From contig JAKMXF010000363.1 in NCBI GenBank assembly GCA_024704765.1, positions 40,706 to 104,705 on the forward strand: a stretch of DNA of 64,000 nucleotides, read 5' to 3'. A model generated the notes under the pieces. The model saw only the letters and a program-made list of their open reading frames with translations. It was not told the DNA's origin and did not search any database. Shown here in pieces: positions 14,001 through 27,596 of this stretch. The position numbers and the translations under genes were made by a program. The DNA comes from Oopsacas minuta (lineage: Eukaryota; Animalia; Porifera). Every line of letters starts with the position of its first letter. Positions within the stretch are counted from its first letter, which is position 1.

Positions 14001-15284
14001 ATAGTAATAGTAGAACTGGATGGAATAGAGGAAAACACACGGGTACCTTCTGGAAGTGGTGGTGAGATATCATCAATGTAAGTATCCTGAATACATTGTG
14101 GTTGGAATGGCAACTCAACTTCATCTACAGGTGTTAGATCAAAGTCTGGAACTGTCTCACCTGAGATAATGTTGGTGCCATTCGATTGCATGTAACTACG
14201 ATCAGGATTATTTATCTCATCAATAACATTTTCCAGGTCCGCTTCATCGTGAATTATTGATGCAAGTTCAGGCCGTATTTCTAAGTCAGAAAGGCCAAAA
14301 GATGGCTTTCGATTGAAGAGAGCTTCAAAAGGAGTCATTCCAATAGTAGAATGGTATGTAGTATTTTTCTCCAGTTAGACACGCCTAAGATACTTGACCC
14401 AACACAAATCGTTATCGCTGTCCCTCATCTTAGATACTAATGCATTTTTGATGTCGCGGTTTGCACGCTCTACTGAGCCCTGACTTTCAGTATGTCTGGG
14501 TTTTCCGTGCACGATCTTTGTATTCCCCTGATTCAGACATACAAAGGGGTAAGGGTTGTTATTCTTATAATCTCTTCTATTATCACTCTGCAGAATGTGA
14601 GGAATGCCGAGTTCACAAAAAAGATCTTACAAAAATAAGCAACCTCTTCTGCACCCTTATTCATCAGAGGACGTAACTGGATAAATGTTGTGAAATGATC
14701 CTGATACACTAACAGCCAACGGTATGGAATACCAGACTCAGACATGTTATGCTTCCATAACATGTCTTTGAAGTAGATCAGGTCTGCTTGACAACGCGAG
14801 AGATATCCAGTAGAAAAAATGGGCTTAACTACAAGAGACTTTATGCTCTTCTTTGCTTTCCTTAAATGACACTCTTCGCATCTCTGTAAGAATATATTAC
14901 ATACTTTCTCTGTTATACCATGGAACTCCTGTGAGAAACGCTTATACAATCCAATCCTCCTCACGTGGTTCTGCTCAAGATGTATTTGATGAAGGACATC
15001 ATACAATTCATCAATTGACAGGACTCTCTTATCCGGTATACCTGCATCCTTTCCACGAAGGTATAGGACTTTCTAGCTTTGATAAGGCACTATTTTGAAC
15101 CTCGCGTGTAGTCTCGAAGCTTTGAAAAATGCTCCTCCCGAATAGGATCAGACATAAAAGTGAATTCATTGTGGATATGTATCAATGAGAACTATCTACC
15201 ATTAGTAACAGGAAGAGAACGCATACTCTCCAAAAATCTTGTTTCACCATTGAGTTTAGCGAAATAACCAATTCTTACTGATTA
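13257..15284 (-). mobile_element. Ginger2/KRBA2-like integrase DNA transposon (copy 1, one end missing)
   Basis: TGT terminus after TAAC. Integrase H..H/C..C (IHLEQNH, QRCEEC), RCQADLI, YQDHFTTFIQLRPL, QSQGSVERAN, MTPFEALF, C-terminal Cys-rich tail. Confidence 0.85.
13946..14012. repeat. (AGT)n microsatellite encoding poly-Thr in the Ginger2 ORF
   Basis: Direct tandem repeat; 18 Thr codons here versus 10 at 51160-51196. Confidence 0.97.
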
Positions 15285-16717
15285 CACAGGTCAACAAAAA
15301 ATATTTCTATCTCTTGGCTCAGATTGCTAGAGCGTTTTTAGGGTATATCGGGGTTGCTGTATCCGAAAATACCATTAGTTTTGCTGAATTGGCTCTGGTT
15401 TTATAGAGATTACGCAACCTTAAATTTTAAGGTAATAATACAAATATTTTCGGTTTGAATGAAAAATCAACACATTTACAACTATTTGTTCACAACATAG
15501 AACCTTTTATGGATTCAAAGCGCATTAGACGTTGTTGCCTCAATGATCCTGATGTCTTTTGCTATATTTGTGGTGAAGATATAGCAAAGGAGCATCGTTT
15601 CAATGTTAGAGATGTCAACAAATAAGCTTATCAGGCCTACTATGGTATTAAGTTAGGCGATAAGGATTAGTCATTGAGCCCTCACAAAGTGTGTAAATAT
15701 GGCACAGAAACCCTCAGCCTATCGACCCAAGGAACATCCAAATCCATGAAGTTTGGGTTACCAATGGTTTGGCGAGAGCCCTGATTGTTACTTCTGCATG
15801 GTTAACATGTCTGGATGGAACCGACAGAAAAAGAATTCGTGGCAATATCCTGACATACATTCTGCAAGACGCCGAATTCCACACTGCAGCGAAATTCCGG
15901 TGCTTGTTTTTACGTCCTTACCTGATACTGCGTTTACTGAGGCAATTGATGAATTGTCGGACAGCACTTACAGCAGCAGCAGCTGTAATGAGTCGTTACA
16001 GATAAGTAAAGTGGAGCCTTTCACACAGGGGCAGCTCAACGATTAGTGAGAGACTTAGGATTGACAGAAGATGCTTCATAGATCCTGGCTTCCTGTCTCA
16101 GTGAATACCATGTTCTCTACAGTGAAGCTAGGATAACTTATTACCGAAGTAGAGACGAAGAAATTTTTTGCTATTTCAGTGAAGAAGGCGGTTTCGTGTT
16201 TTGTAATAACATCTCAGGACTTCTCTCAGCAATGGGACTGTCCCAATACAATCCGAATGAGTGGCGTTTATTTATCGACATCTCTAAATGGAGGCCAAAA
16301 TGTGTGTTGCTGCATAATGGTAACAAATTTGCCTGTGTTCCGATCGGCCATTCAGTAATCTTGAAAGAGCACTATGCAACTGTAAAGATGATCCTACAAA
16401 AGCTGTGTTATGATAAACATAACTGGATCGCGTGTGTGGACCTGAAAATGGTCAATATTCTGTTAGGGCAGCAAAGTGCTTGGACTAAGTAGTAAGTACC
16501 CATACTTTCTTTCTTTGTGGGACAGCAGGGCGGATGAGGTGCACTGGGAAAAGAAGAACTGGCCAGTTCTAAAAAAGCTTGCAGTGGGAGAAAATAATAA
16601 CATTAACGAGCCACTAGTTAGCCGTGACCGTATCATCCTACCCCACCTACATATCAAGTTGGGATTGATGAAACAATTCGTAAAGGCATTGAACAAAGAT
16701 GATACCTGTCTCAACTA
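15285..16717 (+). mobile_element. Chapaev3-like transposon, 5' part (copy 1), broken transposase from 15509
   Basis: tta|cacaggtcaacaaaaa terminus. N-terminal zinc motif CLNDPDVFCYICG...PHKVC...MVWREP..DCYFC, then EWRLFID, VDLKMV, LHIKLGLMKQFVKAL. Truncated at 16717. Confidence 0.8.
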
Positions 16718-16809
16718 TTCAGTTGGTAGACCACTAGAGAACTCCCACAACAAGCAAATGAGGTAATGGACACGAGTGTCTTGCATCCAACACAAATGAA
16801 AATATTAGG

Positions 16810-17030
16810 GTTCATCTCGGGAAGAAAAATTAAATATCTGTTTTAGATGACACTGAAAGCGTCTCAGAATGTGGTAAGAGGAGTTTGGGGATAGATTTGC
16901 CACCTCTAAAAGGTGGATGTCCACTTCATATACAGAATAACCTCTAAAAGTAGGATAGGTGTGGCAGCAGAGTTACCATATACTCCCACATTCCCCACTG
17001 GTAATTGTAGTAGTAATTGAGCGTAACTTG
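16810..17030 (-). pseudogene. possible degenerate Ser/Thr kinase C-lobe fragment (copy 1)
   Basis: Frameshifted reading YNYQ..MWSIG | candidate 33-nt GT..AG intron | VILYM-SGHPPFRG resembles kinase subdomain IX. Needs several indels to align. Confidence 0.3.
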
Positions 17031-17416
17031 GATGGATAACCCTGGATATCCGAACACATTTCGCAAATATAGTGTAAACAATCGTCGTAAATGAAAGTTT
17101 GGCAGTTATTGTCCATGTATTAATTGTTACCATGAATTAATCGTCTAGCCTAAATTGTAATAATAGCTAAGATACGTCTAAAACTTGTGGTCTCGACTAA
17201 TTTTCGTTATATATTATCCAATTTCATGTAAATTAAGCATAAATATTGAGATTTCATGTATTTAACCACAAAAATCCCACTTATAGAGGTGAATTTCAAT
17301 GAGATAAAGTATTGGTAGTCTTAAACTGCCCCTATTCCCCACTTACAGAGGTAGATTTGTATGCGAAATTGCGAACACACTCTCTAAAACCCACGTGACA
17401 ATTCCTTAACACCCTA

Positions 17417-18712
17417 CAGGGCTAGGCATAAGTTCTGCAACTCAGTTATCGTTGTATATTCAATTCAATGGCATTGCAAACTTATCAAATAATTGTGATT
17501 CAAGGTTTTCACATAGTTTTGTATATATCCTATACTAGCCCTTCAAAAATATCTCCCTTTGCCTGAATGCATGAGCTCAGACGTTTATAGAAACAATCTG
17601 AGGAGGCAGACAGCACTTCCTGTGGTATTAGATGCCATTCCCGAAATAATGATGCTCTGAGAACCTCCAGACTTTTGTGGGGTTTAACGCAAGCTTTGCT
17701 CTCCAGAATTGACCAAATACTAAAGTCCATCGGATTTAGATCAGGAGATGAAGCTGGCCATCCATAGGGGAGATTATCTCTGGAAATGGTCCTTAACCAT
17801 GTTTGGATTGCTTTGGACCTATGAGCAGGAGCTGAGTCCTGTTGAAAGAGCCAATGCCTTCCTTGAAAATGCGTGGTAGCCCAAGGTTCTACTTCGCCTT
17901 CTAATATGTCTTGAATATACTTTTCAGTGTTGACTTTGACACCTTGATCAATGAACACGAGGAGGTCCGACCAGTAGCTGTGATCCCGCCCCAGACCATC
18001 ACAGAAGCAGGTTTTTGGGTTCATTTAACTATCCTTGCAACTGGAGATATCCCTTTTGAAGTGGAGCAGAGAACTCTATCATTTTGCCTGTTGAAACTGC
18101 ATTCAACGGTGAATAACCTTTCATCTGTGAAAAGAATATCAAGGTGTCTGCCATCCCTGAACCGCTCTCGAAGTTTCTTACATTTCTCTATCCTCCTCTT
18201 CTTGTTGACATCAGATAATAGCTGTGCCTTTCTAAATTGATATGATTTAAGTCCTAAATCGTCATGAACTAACCTTCCCATCATTCGCGTAGAGCAATTG
18301 CATTCGTTAGCCATTTTCTGGACGCTTCTCTTGGGGTTGTTTCTGATCTTCTCCCTGACTGATTTTTTCAACAATGGTGTGCGCATGGATCGAGGTCGAC
18401 CTGATCTAGGTCTGTCAGACGTCTCACCTGCTTCGTTGAAACGTTGGATCGTCCTATACACAGTCCATTTGGTAACTGAGAGCGCTTTCGTTATCTCTTT
18501 GACTGTCTTCCCCTGTGTATATAATTCCAAAATTGTAGGGCGTTTGGATTTTTGGCCCTCCATAAAAGAATTCGATGTTTAGAAAAGATTTGGAATGAAA
18601 AAATTGAGTATGTAGCTCTAAGTATATTCTACAACCCATAGAAAAATGCATGATAGAAAATACTAGGGATATTTACTTTGAGAAGTTTGGGCAGAACTTA
18701 TGCCTAACCCTG
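17417..18712 (-). mobile_element. maT-type (DD37D-like) transposon, full length (copy 1), transposase with stop and frameshift
   Basis: 22-bp TIRs cagggctaggcataagttctgc (1 mismatch), TA flanks. ORFs 18021-18563 (HTH, ILFTDE, RQNDRV) and 17530-18024 (QQDSAPAH, SPDLNPMDFSIW). Confidence 0.95.
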
Positions 18713-19172
18713 TATATCACAAGGTAAAACTTATTCTCATCGCTATGCTTTGTTTGAGAAGTAATATAGAGTCAAAAAGTGTCATGTGGAAATGGTAGAT
18801 AGATAAACTCGGATAATCTTTGTAGAAAGTCGTTAATATCTAGCCAACAAAGAACTGAGATTTGGCAATCAAAATAGTGTCATACCATATTTGGTCAATA
18901 AATTATATGGGGAAATAGAAACTGACTATATCTTACAAATTCGTCAAAGGATCAATTTTGATTTTGTGATATATCGATGCAACAAGACATTTAGCATATG
19001 AAAAAGTCAAGTAGATAAATGGACGATACAATTATAATCCCATTGTTCATTAAAGCACGCTGTGATTAAACATCATATAACTCTATTGGATGACAAGCAT
19101 AAACATAAAATCTATCATAGTGTGTAATTTAAGGATGAAGAAGTTCAGTTTTGGAAAAAAAGCCATTTTACN

Positions 19173-20206
19173 TCTTCTAAAACCGAGGGAACTTCTCTGA
19201 ACACCACTGCTGCGTGACATTGGCTGTGTGTGCGGGGGCACCATCCTGCATGAACAGAAATTCTGACATGTTTTCCAACATGGACCTCTCAATAACGGAC
19301 CCTTTTTAGCTTTGCGAGCGATCGCATCCAGACAGGTTTTCTTCAATATTTCGTTCCTATAGTAAGCTCCATTGACAGTCTGTTTTGGGGTACAATGTGC
19401 AGTTCTGACAGCGCTCTATCTGACATCATTCCGCAGACCATAATTTTCGCTGGGTATTTGACCTGAAAAATAGGCTCAATATTTTGTGAACCAATTGCCC
19501 ATACTCGATCATTCTGTCTGTTTGGGGAATGAAATAACTCAAAGGGTGATTCATCAGACCAGAACACCTTATTCCAATCTTCGAAAGACCAATTCTCATG
19601 ATCCCGAGCGAATTTCAATTGATTTGCTTGTTTTTTGTGTAACCTTTGGCCATTTGGGACGTTTATAGGGTCTGGCATCAATCCTTTGTCCTAAGTGCCG
19701 CTGAATTGTCATATGAGATATGGGGTTTCCTCTGATAGATAGTCTCCTCGACAATTTTCGGGTTGATTGCCTCTTTTTCCACAAGGATTTCTTAATCACA
19801 ATTCGTGATAACCGTTTCAAAATTTGAGGCCATTCAGATCGAGGCTTAGTCTCCATAGTCTCACCGCATTTGTGTTGACTCCACCATCTCCGTACTGATC
19901 TTACTCCAACATTTAGACGTGTAGTTATCTCTTTTTGAGTAATTCCTCCTTCAAGCATCCCAATTGCTTTAGAACGAAGCTCGACTCGGTGATCACCGAC
20001 ATTCATTTTCCCGAAAAAACCTGGTAAGGTAAATATGCTAAAAAAATTTGAGAGCAGTGTTGAAGATATTCAATATGCCTATAGTATAAATGTAGTTACT
20101 ATATAGTAACTATCAGTCAACTAGCATCTCCGTTGTATGCTATAATTACTAGTATATATTAAATCCATCTACGATTGAGAACCGGCCAGACTTTTGTTAC
20201 ACCCTG
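19173..20206 (-). mobile_element. Tc1-like TRT (DD37E-type) transposon, 3' end lost at the N gap
   Basis: 5' TIR cagggtgtaacaaaagt + TA at 20207. ATG at 20006; FWSDESPFELF, NRQNDRVW, FMQDGAP. Confidence 0.88.
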
Positions 20207-22254
20207 TACATACAGTCTTTCAAACTACAAAAACACTGGGGAATTTCTACTTTATTCCAAAGTAATAAAGTCTATTATTTCGTTTAGTCAGTTCAAGCTT
20301 TTTAATCATTATAGTCAATTATCTTTATCAGTGGGTTGTATATCATATTCAATTCTTAACTTTGTTTGAGCAATATATTTGTCCCGATAATCGGGAGTAG
20401 GCTGACAATTCAATAAATACTTCGCATGAATTATTCTTTCTACATATGATTTGTGATTGCATTGCTCTAATTTGAATATCACAAACCTCTCCAAATATCT
20501 GCCCAACCAAACCGATATAGCAATAGCAAGTTCAAAAATTTCTTTTGTACATATCTCATCATATTAGTCAAAATTGGGAATATATATTATGTTAATCAAT
20601 TACAAAATATATAGAAATATAATACATAACTTACAAATATTTCTCTAAGGCAGCGTTTCTTAATCCGGGTTGCAGAAATCGATTTTAGGGGGTGCTGAAT
20701 AAGGATTCTACTATGTACTGTACCATGTTTTTGTTGAGATTCTAGATAACACTTCAGGCTAAATATCGAAACATTCAGCTGTCTTTACTAAATATAGTTG
20801 TGTCTGGGTATAAATTAGTTGTATTTAACTTATATTCCTTTCTGTGTTACTTGAGTTCTTTTCATTCACAGATTTTGATAGGGAATAATTATACTGGTAT
20901 GGAATCCGGTTCCATTGAACTGAACTTCCATATAAGAAAACCGGTTTGAAAACGTACCCGTAAGCTGAAAAATTCTACTGTGCGTTAAAGGGAAAGTACA
21001 CTAAAACAACCTTATACTGAAAGTATTTAGTCAATTTGGCTAAAATATCTGGTAGGTTTCTGACCCCCTTCGATCCTTCCAAAAATGCATTAATATTAGC
21101 AAGTACAAAATCTAAATTCCTATTGGATATTTATGGATCAAATTTCTAGAAATAATTTAAAATTTTCAAAAGGCTAATTAGATTCAATAACTGTTTTATA
21201 ACATTCAATACATTCACAAATAGCTTATCTACTCACTCGATTTCTATAAATCAACCAGGAAGTAATTTTGGATTTCCCTAGCTTTGTTTGAATTTGTAGG
21301 GCGCTAAAACTATCCTATTCAAATTATTATATTTAATAGACTTAAAATCAAAATTCGAAAGAATAGAAAAGTTATAAAACTGTCTAAGCTACCAGAATCA
21401 AATAACAAATCAGTAATTGGTAATATATATTTAAAATTAAAATTTTTAGACATCGAAACTTTTACATTCCGAGATAATTGCCCAAAAAGTAAGAAATTTA
21501 TATAGAATGAAGTTTTCGTTAGTTTGAAGGCTGGAATACGAGGGTCAGTCCAAAGGTTTGTCATACACAAAAAACATAATAACAAATTTAATCAAACTTT
21601 CACAGTTTCCCAAAGTAACGACCACAACAATATATGCAAAGTTGCATACGATGAAACCAACTATCAAAACAACTATGCCATTTTTCCTCTGGCTAGCTCC
21701 AAAGGGCNTTGAGATCAGAAATAATATAATACAATGATGCAACTGGATCGATTTTAGAAAGCTTGCTGGCTGTAAATTTGTACCTCACTTGAATCTGGTT
21801 GATCTATTCAAAGGCTAGTTTTCCAACTACACTAGATTTCGGAGAATTTACACTAGCGGAAAATTCCAATGGGGTTCCATCAAGGTCTTCAGAAGTGCCT
21901 GAAGGATAGTGAATCTACTACTCGTAGAGAGCAAATTTTGTGGTAATATACCACCTATTATTCCTAGATGCTTCAGTAGATGACCTTGTTTCTTGAAGAC
22001 ACGCTTGCTTTCGTTCTTCCAAGTCATTCTCTCTTCTTACTCTTTTGCGTGTGGTATCGCCATATTATTTCAATCGATTTGAAACAAATCCAGGACAGGG
22101 AAAATTGAGTTCTCTAAATTCCATAAGCGTCAAAACTAACATGGGAACGAAAAGGAAATTTTGATTTTCAGCTAAATAACAAGACTTAGCGAAAGACAGA
22201 GAGAGTGTTGAATTTACGGAAACAGTGGAGTTTCTGGAAATTGGATATTTAAAG

Positions 22255-22740
22255 AATGATGTCATAAAATGGCCTTTCAGACCACCGCATTATTTATAGT
22301 GGGCAAACAGTAACAACAGTGTACTATCTAAAAGAGATTCTGATGAAGAGGTGATGTCAACATGCATCGAGATAAAGGTGCAGTAAAGAGAGTAAATTAT
22401 TGTCGCACATGTTAAGTGCCATATATCAACAGGATGGTGGCTCAGCATTATATCCAAAACACAGGAATGACTTAAGGACAACTTTGAAACCTCTGGTACA
22501 ACGGGATTCGGTATGCCAACTCTCCTGACCTGAATAAATAGAAAATTTATGGCCAATACTGTGAGCCACCGTTGTGCAACAAACCAAATCACTCGAAAGA
22601 ATACACTGGTATTTTAAGCTTGGGGAATTATTCCACTTGAAGTTATGAACAAATAAATAACAAGTGTGTAGAGCGAATAAGGAATGTATATAACTAAAGG
22701 GTGCATATATTGGGAATATATGCATGTGTTTAGAAATTAT
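22255..22740 (+). pseudogene. old Tc1-like transposase C-terminal relic (copy 1)
   Basis: SGQTVTTVYYLKEIL, QQDGGSA, ANSPDLN..ENLW, KGAYIG in shifting frames. Confidence 0.7.
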
Positions 22741-22972
22741 AAATAAACGAAATATTGATTTAATAATGGCAGGCATCAATTTCTTGACATCCTGTCTATC
22801 CAATCAAAACATATTATCAAAAAGAATACATTCTTATAATGCGATATTTATCTGACAATATTATACATATTTTCATACATCAAAATGGAATTGAATTATG
22901 ACAACATGCGTAGTGTGACATGTATATTGAAATTAATTACAATTCAATTTCAATTACAGTGGATACACTATA

Positions 22973-24317
22973 CAGGGTGTAACAAAAGTATTGTCGTGAT
23001 ATTAATATACATTAAATTCAAATGTCACATTCGTATACAACCCTTGCTATTGATTTCTCTAAGTAAATATCTTTTATACAACCTAGTTAAACTCGAGTGA
23101 AGTCAAATCTTACAAGAATATATTTTGGAATTATTTTCGTCATTTTGAAAAATTTCTACTTAATTGTTGTGATATGAATGTCCAGGATTACAGATTATCC
23201 TTAAGATCTCAGGAATTGGGGATGCATAAAGCAGGAGAAACGCCTAAAAAGGTTGCTCAAGTGTTGAATATCAAAATTCGATCAGTTCAGAGATGGGGGC
23301 GTAGCGATAAATTGGGATTTTCAATGGAATCAAAGCCTAAGTCTGGACGTCCGCCGAAAATTGATAGAGTTTGGAAAATTGTCATCGCTAAGTCTTTGGC
23401 GAAGAGAACGCAAACTACACGAAAGCTAGCTCTGAGATTAACGAGGAGTGGTTATGATGTCTCTCACATCTCTGTACATCGTTATTTGAGAAAGTCTCTA
23501 GGTGCTACGCCATTTAAAAGGCCGAGAAGGCCTCGATTGACCTTGAAAATGAAGGAAAACCGGATCGAATTTGCGCAGAAACAGAAGGATTGGAATGTAG
23601 AAGATTGGAATAGAGTTCTGTAGTCGGATAAATCTCCATTCGAATTATTTCCAACCCCAAACAGACAGAATGACCGAGTTTGGAGCAAGGATTCAGGTTC
23701 AATCGAACCCTGTACAAAGATATAATTTCCGGCGAAAGTTCATGCTTAGGGCATTATGTCTCACCAAACTCTATCTGAGCTGCATATTATACCTCAGGGG
23801 CAAACTATTAATGGAGAGTGCTATCGTACGAAGATTTTGGCTGGATCTTGCAAAGATGCGATCAATAGAAGAACAAAAAATGGATCGGTTTTACAGCGGG
23901 CCATGACTTCAAAGATGTCCGAGATAATTTTATACAAGACGGGGCTCCCGCTCATACGGCCAAGCTAACGCAAGAATGGTGCAAACAGAATCTTCCAGCG
24001 TTTTGACAGAAAGCGGAGTGGCCTGGGAACTCGTCTTACCTCAATCCCATTGAAAACTTATGGTCAATACTGAATGACAAAGTGGAAGAGTTTGAGCAAG
24101 CAAGCACTGTGAATAACCTCGTCAAAAATTTGGAAAAGGCATGGAGTGGTATTTCAGGAGATGTTTTGCAAAATATGACCTCCAGTATGCACAGGCGAGT
24201 AGCACTCGTATTAGAAAGACAAGGAGACTATATTGAGAAGTAATAATGTACTAAAAGGTGTATTTTAGCTTACGTTGGATTCATTATAAAAAACGACAAC
24301 ACTTTTGTTACACCCTG
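22973..24317 (+). mobile_element. TRT (DD37E) Tc1-like transposon, full length (copy 1), broken transposase from 23174
   Basis: 25-bp TIRs cagggtgtaacaaaagt(a/g)ttgtcgt, TA flanks. D-37-E spacing counted in the sister copy. Confidence 0.93.
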
Positions 24318-24569
24318 TATAAGACTAGCATCGGGACAGAAAAATTATCCCTATATTATATATTCCTATATGGTATAAAATTTACATAAGTTTAATGGAT
24401 TCTGGGATTGAAAATATATTCGTATATAGTGTATATTCCTTCATAATGTATTCCTATATTCTGTATCCACTGTACGTTAATGTCATGCAATTACAATTAC
24501 AAATTACAATTACCCCATGTCTGATGTCGATACATCATAAATAAATAAATATATTCTAAAATGATTTGA

Positions 24570-24960
24570 GATAAGCTCTTCGGATAGGGTGAATGTCGTT
24601 TTAGATTTAGCGAATAGTAACAAGACAGCATATGATTCTTCCAAAGCTTTCGTTGAGATTGATGTTGCTTCATAATTTTTCTTGTTTTCTCTTAAATTCT
24701 GACAGCATTGAATAGAAAAACTCTATGGGCTTACCCACACAAGAGTGATGCCTAAACTCAGGGGGCGATGTAAATGGGATGGTTTTATGCTAATATTCGA
24801 AAGTATATTACTACAGCAGAAACACAGTGGCGGCGGCGCGGCTATGGTTGTGAAGAAAAATCTAGGGATAGGATTTTGTCTATCAAGTTGACGATGCTTT
24901 GTCATCTCCCGATTCGGCAAAATTAACACCACAGGTGCTGCTGTTTCGTAATTAAACAAG
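24570..24960 (-). pseudogene. Buster/ZBED5-like hAT transposase N-terminal relic (copy 1)
   Basis: PLCFCCSNILSNISIKPSHLHR (BED-type), GKPIEFF, STKALEESYAVLLLFAKSKTTFTLSEELI. Confidence 0.7.
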
Positions 24961-25918
24961 TGTCAACCAATTATCCATAACTAGTAAAGAGAGTTGGCAG
25001 TCGTAGTTAGCAAGGTGTTGAGGAGACTTCAAGTGCGGTACTGTATCAAATTCAGCGATTCAACAGTAGGGTGTATATTTCAACATTTTCTCACATACCC
25101 CCTAGCAGGTATTCGCGTACCATCTCGGGTCCTCGTATTCATGGCCTGCCCTAAGTAAATAGCAAGTTGAAGTCAAATTATTCTTTGCATTAAACATGTT
25201 TAATTGGTGTATTTCACCAGTTACGCCAAGTAAAAGACTACTTAGTTTTCTTAATGACAAATTATCATAATGAATGAATAATAAATATACAATCAGAAGT
25301 CCAACATGGCACTATGGAACCGTGATAACGAGGCAAGGACTGAAGAGACTAACCATCATCATTTTAGAAAGAGAGCGTAATACAATACCGAGTATTTAAC
25401 AAGTTCGAATAAGATATCATTTCCACTCTTTGTGGAAACCTACACTCTGGAAATAAGGACAATAAATATTCTGTATAAGGATCAGGGACAATTCAAGCAT
25501 CGTTCATCTACTTACAGCAAAATGATGTCAAAAATAAATTCTATTTAGTAGGCCGGATTGAGAAAAGTATAAATCGTCGGTTCAACTTCTACCTAAGGGA
25601 AAAGTTGCCTTTACCAATTTCTAGGAAAATGCAAGACTTAAATTTGAAAAATATTTCGATTTGACCCTTGCAGTTTTATATTTTTGCTGTGTCACTTTCG
25701 CAAAATTGATTTTATAGTGTCCGAATTTTCAAATTCCTTTGACTTAGCCCCTTTATATACATTATTTGGTAATAGTAAGTCGCATATTTGCTATTGAATG
25801 GTGTATTAATCAAATTTCTATGCCCAAGGATACTCAAGTTATCAAGATTTTTGCACATTCTATCATACCCTAATATTATTACCCAACCCCCTTTTTTCCG
25901 ATTATTTGAAATTCTATA

Positions 25919-27246
25919 CGAGGGTAGTCCAAAAAGTTTTTAGAATCTATATGAAAGAATAGTAGGAAGTGGATTATTTTTTTATAGTTTCTCGAAGTAA
26001 ATACCAGATGACTGTATGCATAAATCCATCCTTCTAAGCCAACTTTCAAAACAATTTTCCCAGTCTTCTTTGGTTAGGTCTTGGAGGGCCTCATTTTAAG
26101 CCAGTCTTGCCTCTTCTGCACTATCGAAATGAACCCCTTTGATCTTCTTTTTTAGTTTAGGGAAAAGAAAGAAGTCGCATGGCGCCAAATCTGGGGAATA
26201 TGCTGGATGGGGTATCAATTTTATACCATTTTCTGCAAAGAAATTCATTGTTAAAGCTGCTTTGTGTGCACTTGCATTGTCATGGTGCCATTGAAGTGAG
26301 GTGAGGTAGGCTTTAGGATGTAAAATGCTCCACTTTTCTATAACCTGAGGCATGCAAATGTTGACATACCAACTCGCAGTTACAGTATTTTGCTCTATAA
26401 GGGGAGTAATAGCAACATGTCCCTTTTTAGAGATGAAACGACGACCATTTGCTTTTGCCACTTCGTGCACGTCTCAATTTTTGAGGGGGATCATCATCTG
26501 GAAAAAGCCAAACTGAGGATTGTTGTTTCGTCTCTGGGTCATATTGGTAAATGCAAGCCTCATCTCCCGTAATTAAAGTATTCAATAGCTTTGAACGACC
26601 ATGATCGAATTATCTGATCATAAATTTGCACCAATCCACTCGAGTTGTCATTTGTTCTTCAAAAAGTTTATGTGGAATCCAACGTGCAGCCACTTTCCTC
26701 ACCAAGAGATGTTCATGAAGTATGGCATGGAGGCTTCCTCTGCTGATGTCTAAATGACTCATTATTTCGTCTATTATGATTCGACGCTCATTTTTGATTA
26801 TTTTCTTAATTTTCTGGATATTTTCTGGATTAACAGCATCCGTAGAACGTCCTGATCGCATCTCATCACTTAGAGTCTTTCGTCCACGGTTAAATTCACC
26901 GTACTACTTGTACACTGTAGCCAAAGATGGTGATTTTTCTCCAAATGTGTCCTGAAGTTGAATATGTGATTCTTTAGGACTGAGTATTCTCATAAAGCCA
27001 TAAAAAATTATTGCGCGAAAGTCCCTCCTTTTCAAATGCAAATCCATGAGAAATAACTAGGTACGAATTTAAAATAAGAGCCAAGTGCTGACTATATAAG
27101 TAGCTGTCAAAAAAGTAATAAAAGATTAAAAGCTTAGATATTTTACCTAGAATAGTTATAAATAGCGTACTATAGATATAAGATGTATTGGTGTGCAGGA
27201 AATGAAGTTACAGCATTCATTCTAAAAACTTTTTGGACAACCCTCG
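25919..27246 (-). mobile_element. mariner (DD34D-type) transposon, full length, broken transposase (ATG 27047)
   Basis: 28-bp TIRs cgagggt(a/t)gtccaaaaagtttttagaat, TA TSD. ARWIPHKL, HHDNASAH, PAYSPDLAPCDF. Empty single-TA site at 41397-41398. Confidence 0.97.
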
Positions 27247-27571
27247 TATCCTTAGTAAATTTGTATATAATCACCAAACTTAGTATATTTCTTTATCTAG
27301 ATCCAAATTCATCAATAGGTTACCACAAAGAAATTTTACCAACAATCCTTATCTCTTGTTCTTAACTTAGTTACCATTTATCTAGCATGGAATTTATGGT
27401 CAATTATAGTATCTATATCAATGCTCGATAAAATCAATCATATTATTGAGTGATTATATTCCTAAAATATATTCATTTTTGGAATGGCAGAAAACACGCG
27501 TAGTAAAGTATTTCATCCTATTTTTGGCTATCCAGGACCCATTCCAGAAAATCAACTTCCAACAAAACTAG

Positions 27572-27596
27572 ATATATATATATATATATATATATA
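27572..27596. repeat. (AT)n microsatellite expansion inside the hAT ORF
   Basis: About 12 AT units versus about 4 at the homologous site near 41722. Confidence 0.9.

Larger units (their letters stand above)
11638..19171 (+). repeat. Duplicated block A (copy 1), matches 48833-60760 except 53898-58307
   Basis: Colinear near-identity seen by eye (e.g. ORFs 18021-18563 and 59609-60151 differ at 8 of 180 aa). Bounded by N at 11636 and 19172. Confidence 0.97.

Noticed and set aside
13844-14124. Poly-Ser, poly-Val and poly-Leu ORFs (also 51058-51265)
   Set aside because: Alternative frames of the (AGT)n microsatellite inside the Ginger2 ORF.
17911-18651. Several 60-110 aa ORFs overlapping maT elements (also 2023-2337, 5632-5913, 6396-6647, 59499-60227)
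   Set aside because: Antisense or off-frame shadows of Tc1/mariner transposases.
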